Part shown: positions 29,269 to 36,646 of the stretch, in pieces
Position numbering within the stretch: the first letter of the stretch is position 1
Layout of the letters: every line of letters starts with the position of its first letter
Origin: an uncultured delta proteobacterium
GTDB lineage: Bacteria > Myxococcota > Myxococcia > SLRQ01
NCBI GenBank assembly: GCA_963727485.1
Contig: CAVSGM010000013.1
Span: 1 to 36,646 of the forward strand
DNA: 36,646 bases
Direction of reading: 5' to 3'
Program-made: the position numbers and the translations under genes
Notes under the pieces: model-generated
Database searches by the model: none
What the model was told of the DNA's origin: nothing
What the model saw: the letters and a program-made list of their open reading frames with translations, nothing else

Positions 29269-32073
29269 ATGACGTCAGGTGAGAAAGCCGACGCGCCTGC
29301 GCCGGCGTCCGAGAACCAGACCGCGTCCGTCCGGGACGCGTGGGAGCACGTCCTCTCCGGCGACGGGAAGGCGGGCAAGGTCCTCACCGTCACCCTGGTG
29401 CTGATCCTGGGCGTGGCGTCGGCCTTCCTGCTGATGCCGCCCCGGGTGCACCCGGTGGTGCCCTACGACGAGAGCGACCTCGGTCACTTCGCCAACGGCG
29501 TGATCAAGGCCGACCGCGACTACACCATCCCCGACAAGGCCACCACCGATCGCAAGCGCGACGAGGCCCGGGCGGCGGTGAAGCCCGTCTACGACTTCGA
29601 GTCGGGGGCGGCGGACGACACGGTGGAGCGGGTCCACGAGGCCTTCAACCTGATGCAGCGCGCCTTCGGCGACTGGCGCCTGGAGCGGGCGCGCCAGCTC
29701 GCGGCCGGCACCGCGGGCCCCGGGGCGACCGGGTCCGGCGCCGACAAGGGGGCGGCGCCCGGCGCGGCCAAGGCCACCCCCGGCGCGGCCAAGGCCACCC
29801 CCGGCGCGGCCAAGGCCACCCCCGACGTGGCGGCCACCGCGGCCCTGAAGGCGGCGACCACGGCGCACCCGGAGACCGCCGCCGAGCGCAAGGCCGTGGA
29901 CGCGGTCCTCCGGGGGCACAAGGCCGAGTTCCTCCAGCTCCTCCAGGTGGTGATCGACGACGCCGAGTTCGATGCCCTGGTCCGCGCCCGCTTCGATCCC
30001 CGGATCGAGGCGGCGGTGGTGACCCTGGTCCGCGAGGCCATGGCCCGGCCGATCATCGCCGATCGCCAGCTCCTCTCCGCGGACCGCGAGACCGGGATCG
30101 TCATCCGCCCGGTGCCGGTTGCCAACGCCCGCGCCGAGCGCACCGTCGATGACGTCGACACCGCGGTCACCGACCTGGCGAGCGCCCGGGCCGGCGTCCT
30201 CGATCACCTCCCGCGCCTCCTCCCCCAGGCGAGCCCCGAGGTCCGCCTCATGGCCGGGCGCCTGGCCCGGCGGCTCCTGCGCCCGACCCTCACCTTCAAC
30301 CGCGACCTGACCGCGACGCGCCAGGACGAGGCGGCGGCGAGCGTGAAGCCGGTGGTCATCCAGGTGGCCCGCGGCGAGAAGATCATCGGCGACGGCGAGC
30401 GCATCGAGCGCCGGCACCTGGTGATCTTCCAGTGGATGCGCAAGGAGGCGGCGTCCATCGACTCGGTGGAGATGTACGTCGGCGCCGGCCTCATCGGCGT
30501 CCTCCTGGTGCTCTCGCTCTTCGCCTTCGCCCGGGGCTCGGTGTGGCGCTTCCGGCCGAACCGCAAGGACCTGCTCTTCCTCCTCACCGTGCTCCTCGGC
30601 ACCCTCGCCCTCACCCGGGTGGGCCTGTTCATGGCCAACGTGGTGGGCGACCGGTTCACCAGCGTCGGCGAGGCGACCTTCTACTACGCCCTCCCGGTGG
30701 CGGCGGCGGTGGTGATGGTGCGCCTGGTGCTCTCCGGCGAGGTGAGCCTGGTTTTCGCGGCGGTGCTCTCGTTGTTCGTGGCGGTCCTCGCCGACGGGAA
30801 CCTGGGCTTCGGGATCTACGTCTTCGTCGGGGGCATGGTGGGGGCCGACATCGCCGGCCGGGCCCGGGACCGCGGGGGCATCTGGCGGGCGGGGCTGGTG
30901 ATGGCGGTGGTCAACGCCCTGCTGGTGGTGGCCCTGAACCTCAAGCACGGCGGGAGCACCCCCGACGACTACCTCGCCGGGGTGCTCTCCGGGGCCTTCG
31001 CCGGCGCGGTGACCCCGCTCATCGTCCTCGGCCTCACCTTCGTCATCGAGAAGATCTTCGGCTACACCACCGACCTCACGCTCCTGGAGCTGGCGAACCT
31101 CAACAACCCCCTGCTCAAGGAGCTGGTGGTGGCGGCGCCGGGGACCTACCACCACTCGATGATGCTCGGCTCCATGGTCGAGGCGGCGGCCGAGGCCATC
31201 GGCGGCAACCCGCTGCTCGCCCGGGTGGGCGCCTACTACCACGACATCGGCAAGGGGAAGGCGCCCCTCTACTTCGCCGAGAACCAGAAGGGCGAGAACC
31301 CCCACGACAAGCTGGCGCCCTCCATGAGCGCCCTCATCATCCGCCGGCACGTCACCGACGGGATCCGCATGGGCCGGGCGGTGCGGCTCCCCGAGCCCAT
31401 CCTCGACATGATCCCGATGCACCACGGCACCCGGCTGATGAGCTACTTCTGGCACAAGGCCAAGGAGGAGGCCGAGCGCAAGGGCGAGCCGATGCCCGCC
31501 GAGACCGAGTATCGGCACATCGGCCCCAAGCCGCGCTTCCGCGAGGCGGCGCTCCTGATGATCGCCGACTCGGTGGAGGCGGCGAGCCGGACCCTCACCG
31601 AGCCCAACGCCGACCGGTTCCGGGGCGTGGTGCAGAAGGTGATCAACGCCTGCTTCGCCGACGGGCAGTTCGACGAGGTCGACATCACCCTCAAGGATCT
31701 CCACGCGGTGACCCGGTCCTTCGTCCGGAGCCTCGAGGCCATCTACCACAGCCGCCCCGAGTACCAGCAGCCGGCGGACAAGTCGGAGAAGCCGGCGGCC
31801 AAGGCCAAGGCCAAGGAGAAGGGGAGCGGCGCCGCCAAGGCCGCCGCGCCCGCCGGCGCTTCGGCCAACGGTGGGACCCCGAACGGGGCCGCCGCCGAGG
31901 GGCCCGCCGAGGCCAACGCCGACACGGCCCCCGCCGACCCCGCGCCCGCCGGCGCCACCGACCCGGCGGCGCCCGCCGGCGCCGAGGCGGCTCCCGGGGC
32001 CCCGGCCACCCCCGCCGAGGGCGAGCCCGGCGACGAGGGCGGCGAGGCCCTCAAGCGCCTGGGGACCAACTAG
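29269..32073 (+). CDS. 7TM-HD (HDIG) membrane phosphohydrolase, PgpH-like
   Basis: N-terminal TM, large extracytoplasmic domain, 7TM block, HD motifs APGTYHHS, YYHDIGK, HHGT, ADSVEAA; phoH-X-ybeY position. Confidence 0.88.
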   Translation: MTSGEKADAPAPASENQTASVRDAWEHVLSGDGKAGKVLTVTLVLILGVASAFLLMPPRVHPVVPYDESDLGHFANGVIKADRDYTIPDKATTDRKRDEARAAVKPVYDFESGAADDTVERVHEAFNLMQRAFGDWRLERARQLAAGTAGPGATGSGADKGAAPGAAKATPGAAKATPGAAKATPDVAATAALKAATTAHPETAAERKAVDAVLRGHKAEFLQLLQVVIDDAEFDALVRARFDPRIEAAVVTLVREAMARPIIADRQLLSADRETGIVIRPVPVANARAERTVDDVDTAVTDLASARAGVLDHLPRLLPQASPEVRLMAGRLARRLLRPTLTFNRDLTATRQDEAAASVKPVVIQVARGEKIIGDGERIERRHLVIFQWMRKEAASIDSVEMYVGAGLIGVLLVLSLFAFARGSVWRFRPNRKDLLFLLTVLLGTLALTRVGLFMANVVGDRFTSVGEATFYYALPVAAAVVMVRLVLSGEVSLVFAAVLSLFVAVLADGNLGFGIYVFVGGMVGADIAGRARDRGGIWRAGLVMAVVNALLVVALNLKHGGSTPDDYLAGVLSGAFAGAVTPLIVLGLTFVIEKIFGYTTDLTLLELANLNNPLLKELVVAAPGTYHHSMMLGSMVEAAAEAIGGNPLLARVGAYYHDIGKGKAPLYFAENQKGENPHDKLAPSMSALIIRRHVTDGIRMGRAVRLPEPILDMIPMHHGTRLMSYFWHKAKEEAERKGEPMPAETEYRHIGPKPRFREAALLMIADSVEAASRTLTEPNADRFRGVVQKVINACFADGQFDEVDITLKDLHAVTRSFVRSLEAIYHSRPEYQQPADKSEKPAAKAKAKEKGSGAAKAAAPAGASANGGTPNGAAAEGPAEANADTAPADPAPAGATDPAAPAGAEAAPGAPATPAEGEPGDEGGEALKRLGTN
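29761..29823 (+). repeat. Perfect 21-bp tandem repeat x3 (GAAKATP)
   Basis: ggcgcggccaaggccaccccc repeated three times in frame. Confidence 0.92.
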
Positions 32074-32074
32074 C

Positions 32075-32530
32075 GTGATCGGGCTGCGGTTCGAGGTCGA
32101 GGCCCCGGAGATCGACCCCAAGACCCTCGTGGCCGACGCCCGGGCGGTGCTCCGGGCCATCGGCCGGCCCCGGGCGGAGCTCTCGCTCCTGGTGGTCGAC
32201 GACCCGGCGATGCGCGTGCTCAACCGGGACTTCCGGGGCATCGACCGGACCACCGACGTCCTCAGCTTCTCCCAGGTCGAGGACGAGGACGGGCCGGCGC
32301 TCCCCGGGGTCCCCGAGGCCCTGGGTGACGTGGTCATCAGCGCGCCCACCGCCCGGCGCAACGCCTCGCGCTACAAGCGGACCCTGGAGCAGGAGCTCCG
32401 GCGCCTCCTGGTCCACGGGGTGCTTCACCTGTTGGGCCACGATCACAAGCGGCCGACGGAGGCCCGGGTGATGCGGGCCGAGGAGCGCCGGGTGATGGCG
32501 TTGTTGCGCGGTGCCGACCCCCAGGGCTAG
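32075..32530 (+). CDS. ybeY: rRNA maturation endoribonuclease YbeY
   Basis: LNRDFRGIDRTTDVLSF, LGDVVIS, HGVLHLLGHDH; GTG start at 32075. Confidence 0.93.
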   Translation: MIGLRFEVEAPEIDPKTLVADARAVLRAIGRPRAELSLLVVDDPAMRVLNRDFRGIDRTTDVLSFSQVEDEDGPALPGVPEALGDVVISAPTARRNASRYKRTLEQELRRLLVHGVLHLLGHDHKRPTEARVMRAEERRVMALLRGADPQG

Positions 32531-32539
32531 AACAAGAGG

Positions 32540-33091
32540 ATGAGCGACGCCCAGATCGACCTCGACCAGGAGAAGGTCCGCTTCGACGACACCTGGCACA
32601 CCGCCGAGTCCCTCGCCGCCCGGATCACCGAGATGCTCGCGGCCAAGGACTTCCGGATCGGAGGGGCCGGCGCGGCCCTCGAGACCCTCCAGGCGGCCCT
32701 CGCCGACGCCCGGGAGCTGACGGTGAAGGTCCCGTCGTCGCTCCTCGCCGCGGTGGAGAGCACCGCCGGCGACTCCGGCCGCTCCGTGGGAGAGCTGGTC
32801 CGCGAGGCCCTGCTCCACGTGGTCGGCGGCCAGCCGGCGGCGGTGGAGGGCGCCGACGCGACCCCCGCGGGCACCGACGGCGCCTCGGGTGACGGGGCCG
32901 TCGCCGGAGCCCCGGTGCCCCGCCCGGCCCCCGATGGCGCGGCGCCGGTGCCGGTGTCGGCGGTGGCCACCGAGCCGGTCTCCGCCGAGGAGGCGGCCAA
33001 CGCCGTCCCCCTCACCCCCAAGAAGAAGGACGAGCCGTCCCCGGAGGAGATGGACGGCGCGAGCTGGTTCGACCGGGAGCCCCAGAGCTAG
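32540..33091 (+). CDS. Hypothetical protein with a ribbon-helix-helix-like segment
   Basis: GAGG Shine-Dalgarno; ELTVKVPSSLLAAVESTAGDSGRSVGELVREAL fits the RHH beta-alpha-alpha pattern; acidic/Pro-rich tail ending SWFDREPQS. Confidence 0.6.
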   Translation: MSDAQIDLDQEKVRFDDTWHTAESLAARITEMLAAKDFRIGGAGAALETLQAALADARELTVKVPSSLLAAVESTAGDSGRSVGELVREALLHVVGGQPAAVEGADATPAGTDGASGDGAVAGAPVPRPAPDGAAPVPVSAVATEPVSAEEAANAVPLTPKKKDEPSPEEMDGASWFDREPQS

Positions 33092-33121
33092 CCCCACGAC
33101 CGCCGGCCCCGAGGCCCCGCC

Positions 33122-34773
33122 ATGATCCGCGCCGTCCTCACCGGCGTCCTCCTCGCGCTCTGCTTCCCCTTCGTCTGGCCCGGGAGCCCCGCCCACCCGG
33201 CGGTGCCCGGCGGCTGGAACGGGCTGGTCGCCTTCGTGGCGATGGTGCCGCTGCTCTGGAGCCTCGAGGGGCGGTCGCCGCGCCGGGCGTTCTTCCACGG
33301 GCTGGTCGCCGGCGTCGTCGGCTTCGCCGGCATCTTCTACTGGATCAACATCGCCATGACGACCTTCGGGGGCCTCCCGGACGTCGCCTCGATCCCGGTC
33401 CTGGGCCTGCTGGTCCTCTACTGCGCGGTCTACTGGGGAGCGCCGGTGGCGGTGGCGGTGAAGGCCCGGCGCGACCTCGGCTGGCCCCTGTGGGTGGTGC
33501 TCCCGCCGGCGTGGGTCGGCGCCGAGATCGTCCGCAACTACCTGTTCTCGGGCTACCCCTGGGGGGACGTGGGCTACACGCTGGCCCAGCTCCCGCACCT
33601 GGCGCAGATCGCCTCCATCGGAGGCGTCTACCTCGCCGCCGGGCTGGTGGTGCTGGTGAACGCGGTGGTCTACGAGGCCGGCCGGTGGGTGCTCGCCGGG
33701 CGCCCGGCCGAGGGGCGCGCCACGGCGGTGCGCGGGCTGGCGGTGGCCGGGGCGGCGCTGGTGCTCTCGGTGGGGTGGAGCACCCTGCGCCTCCACACCC
33801 TCGCCGCCGCCGACGCCAAGGCGAAGACCGTGGACGTCGCCCTGGTGCAGGGGAACATCGACCAGAAGATCAAGAACCTCGGCGGCACCTACGGCCAGTT
33901 CATCCTCCACAGCTACATCCCGCTCACCCGGAAGGCCGCCGCCGACGGCGCCGACCTGGTGGTCTGGCCCGAGGCCGCCTACCCGTTCACCTTCGGCGCC
34001 GACGCGCTGTTCTTCTCCCGGGCCCCGGGGATCAAGGACCTCGCCGGGGTGGGGCACGCCTGGTACCTGCTCTAGGGGTGACCCAGCGCTGGCAGGGCGG
34101 GGCGCGGCTGCTGACCAACACCGGCTTCCTCCTCGACAACCGGCTGCAGCTCAAGGGCCGCTACGACAAGCACCACCTGGTGCCCTTTGGCGAGTACGTG
34201 CCGCTGGCGAAGATCATCCCCGTGGGGAAGCTCGTCCCCGGGTTCGGGAGCTTCGTCCCCGGCCCCAAGCTCGACGCCCTGGTGGCGAAGCCCGACGACC
34301 ACACCGTCGGGATCGGCGACATGATCTGCTACGACGGCATCTTCCCGGAGATCGGCCGGGCCTACGGCGGCCGGTCGGTGGGGATGCTGGTGAACCAGAC
34401 CAACGACGCCTGGTACGGCTTCTCCTCGGCGCCCTGGCAGTTCCTCCACATGGTGGCGATGCGGGCCATCGAGACCGGGCGCTGGGTGGCCCGGGCGGCG
34501 AACACCGGGGTCACAGCCTTCATCTCGCCCACCGGGAAGGTGGTCGCCCACACCGAGCTGGGGCTGGTCCACGACGACCGGAACACCGCCTCGGCCTCGG
34601 AGCAGGTGCCCCCGGAGCTGCTGCGCCACCGGGTGCCGCTCCTCCACGGGCGCACGGTGTACTCGGTCATCGGCGACACCTACGCCTTCCTCTGCCTGGC
34701 GTTCGCCTGCGTGGCCCTGGGGCTCTCCTACGTGCGCCGGGGGCGGGCGCAGGCGGCGGCGCAGGCGGAGTAG
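33122..34773 (+). CDS. lnt: Apolipoprotein N-acyltransferase (apparent frame break near 34072)
   Basis: Frame 2: TM helices, GYPWG, VQGNI, WPEAA. Frame 1: YDKHHLVPFGEY, ICYDG, TNDAWYG, RAANTG. The E-K-C catalytic triad is split across the break. Confidence 0.9.
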
Positions 34774-34842
34774 GGCGGGCGCCGGAGGCCCACCGGACGC
34801 CCCGGCCTTTTCCTCCGGCACGCGGCGTTGTACCTTGCCGCC

Positions 34843-35990
34843 ATGCTGACCGCCGGCGAGATCAAGGAGCGACTCGACGACCTCAACGAGCGTCTGGGGA
34901 TGCTCCGGAGGCATCTTTGACCTCGACGGCAAGCGGGCGCGGCTCCACGACATCGACCACCGCTCGGCCCAGCCCGAGTTCTGGGACGACCCCGAGGCGG
35001 CCCAGGGCCTCCTGAAGGAGAAGGCCCGCCTGGAGTCGTCGGTCGAGCTCATCGACCAGGCCGTCAGCGCCCTCGACGACGCCGCGGTGCTCTTCGAGCT
35101 CGCCCGCGAGGAGGGCGACGAGAGCCAGTTCGGCGAGGTCGCCGGCCAGCTTGACGCCGCCGCGAAGCTGGTCGACGCCCTGGAGTTCCAGCGGATGCTC
35201 TCCGGGCCCGACGACGCCCGGAACGCCATCGTCACCATCAACGCCGGCGCAGGGGGCGTCGACGCCATGGACTGGGCGGAGATGCTCCTGCGCATGTACA
35301 CCCGGTACTGCGAGGCCCGGGGCTGGGACCTCGACCTCGCCGACCGGCAGGACGGCGAGGAGGCGGGGATCAAGAGCGCCTCGCTGGTGGTCTCGGGAGA
35401 CCACGCCTACGGGTGGCTGAAGGCCGAGGCCGGGGTCCACCGGCTGGTGCGCATGAGCCCCTTCGACGCCGCCGGGCGCCGGCACACCGCGTTTGCCTCG
35501 GTCTACGTGAGCCCCGAGGTCGACGACACCATCGAGATCGAGGTCCGCGACGAGGACGTGCGCGTCGACGTGTTCCGGTCGTCGGGCGCCGGCGGCCAGA
35601 AGGTCAACAAGACCTCCTCGGCGGTGCGCCTGACCCACAACCCCACCGGCATCGTGGTCAGCTGCCAGAACGAGCGCAGCCAGCACAAGAACCGCGACCT
35701 GGCCATGAAGATCCTCAAGTCGCGCCTCTACCAGCTCGAGGTGAAGAAGCGCGACGAGGCGCGGGACAAGCTCGAGGCGACCAAGGCCGACATCTCCTTC
35801 GGCTCGCAGATCCGCAGCTACGTGCTGGCGCCCTACCAGATGGTCAAGGACCACCGGACCGGGGTGGAGGTCGGGAGCCCCCAGAAGGTCCTCGACGGCG
35901 ACCTCGACGAGCTGATCCAGGCGTTCCTGTTGGGCAAGGGGCTCGCCGGAGGCGGCGGGGGACGAAGGGGACGCCGAGGCGCGGGCGTAG
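34843..35990 (+). CDS. prfB: Peptide chain release factor 2, with programmed +1 frameshift (3' end inferred)
   Basis: ATG 34843, MLTAGEIKERL...RRHL, CTT TGA C, then +1 frame DLDGKR...; SPF and GGQ motifs. End at TAG 35988-35990 assumes one extra G in the G5 run at 35957-35961; as given, the frame runs to 36448. Confidence 0.92.
34907..34921 (+). other. prfB programmed +1 ribosomal frameshift site
   Basis: Internal Shine-Dalgarno GGAGG (34907-34911), CAT spacer, CTT TGA C (34915-34921). Confidence 0.95.
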
Positions 35991-36011
35991 GCGGCTGCCG
36001 GGCAGCCCATC

Positions 36012-36646
36012 ATGAACGCCGGGATCGAGGAAGCCGTCGCCCGGGTGATTGCGGCGCATCCGGTCCATGCCAGGCCGCCATGGTCACCGCGAGACGATGG
36101 CGCCGTCGAGGAGGAGCTTCGCCGGGTGGTGCAGGAGCTCGCGGCCGATCTGGACGTGGACTCGCGCACCGAGTTCGACCACTACGGGTCTGGCTACGCG
36201 TCGTTCGTCGACGCGTGGTTCTTCCGCCGGGATTCGTCGTTCCGACGCCCCGGCGGCCGCCACGAGCACTTCACCGGGCTGGCCGTGCTCCTGTGCCGGC
36301 TCATGCCCGTCTACTGCCTTCTCGAGGGGGAGAAGACGTGGTCCCCGAGCGGGTCCGGGTCGTCCTACCTCCCGTCTTTCGACAACGTCGATGCTTTCCG
36401 CACCACCGCCGTGCGCACCCTGGCCCGCCAGGTGGAGGACTGGCTTGAGCCGCGAGGGTACGGCCGCCTCGAGAAGGCCGACCTCGGGGGGTACCTGCCC
36501 GAAGGGGTCGTCGTGCCCACGATTCCCGAGGACGCGCCCTTCCGGGACTTCGACGCCCTCTTCCACTGGGAAGACTCAGCGCGGGCCCCCGAAGGCGCTA
36601 CGCCGCAGCCCGCTCGGACTTCGGCTCGGCGACGCCGGCGGTCTCG
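36012..36646 (+). CDS. Hypothetical protein (no stop in window; probable natural end near 36578)
   Basis: Frame 3 is open from ATG 36012: MNAGIEEAV...FDHYGSGYASFVDAWFF...LLCRLMP...YLP...FDALFHWED, with globular-protein composition. Absent from the ORF track because no stop is reached. Confidence 0.6.
   Translation, partial: MNAGIEEAVARVIAAHPVHARPPWSPRDDGAVEEELRRVVQELAADLDVDSRTEFDHYGSGYASFVDAWFFRRDSSFRRPGGRHEHFTGLAVLLCRLMPVYCLLEGEKTWSPSGSGSSYLPSFDNVDAFRTTAVRTLARQVEDWLEPRGYGRLEKADLGGYLPEGVVVPTIPEDAPFRDFDALFHWEDSARAPEGATPQPARTSARRRRRS

Noticed and set aside
34073..34081. TAG in lnt as stop-codon readthrough or pyrrolysine
   Set aside because: A TGA follows two codons later in the same frame, and the rest of Lnt is in a different frame.
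34780..34819. Inverted repeat GCCGGAGG...CCTCCGGC after lnt as an intrinsic terminator
   Set aside because: The loop is long (over 20 nt) and no U-tract follows the stem; 8-bp GC stems are common by chance here.
34918..34920. In-frame TGA in prfB as pseudogene or selenocysteine
   Set aside because: It is the standard RF2 programmed frameshift context.

Overview
Very GC-rich chromosomal segment, most likely from a Myxococcota (myxobacteria-like) bacterium, judging by three MYXO-CTERM sorting signals and the gene order. From left to right it holds: (1) three consecutive MYXO-CTERM surface-protein genes, two of them paralogous fusions of a GH25 muramidase with two bulb-type lectin domains; (2) a 10-gene chemosensory cluster with no chemoreceptor (cheY, cheA, cheW, cheW, atypical receiver, HEAT-repeat protein, cheR, cheB, GAF protein, cheY); (3) a housekeeping block (asnS, thioesterase, leuS, lptE, rpsT, murJ, P1 peptidase); (4) an intergenic cluster of DnaA-box-like sites followed by a GH87-like alpha-glucanase lipoprotein; (5) mazG, then a long operon (TPR/Zn-finger membrane protein, DUF4388/MshEN-like/pseudopilin-like protein, phoH, 7TM-HD phosphodiesterase, ybeY, RHH protein, lnt), prfB with its programmed +1 frameshift, and an uncharacterised ORF. 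Five genes have non-programmed frame breaks; three are +1 breaks at the same CGATTC motif, which suggests systematic sequencing error at a modified DNA motif. Six genes have a TAnnnT box 5-8 nt before the ATG, suggesting leaderless mRNAs. I saw no rRNA, tRNA, CRISPR array or mobile element. All family assignments come from motif recognition by eye; no database search was run.
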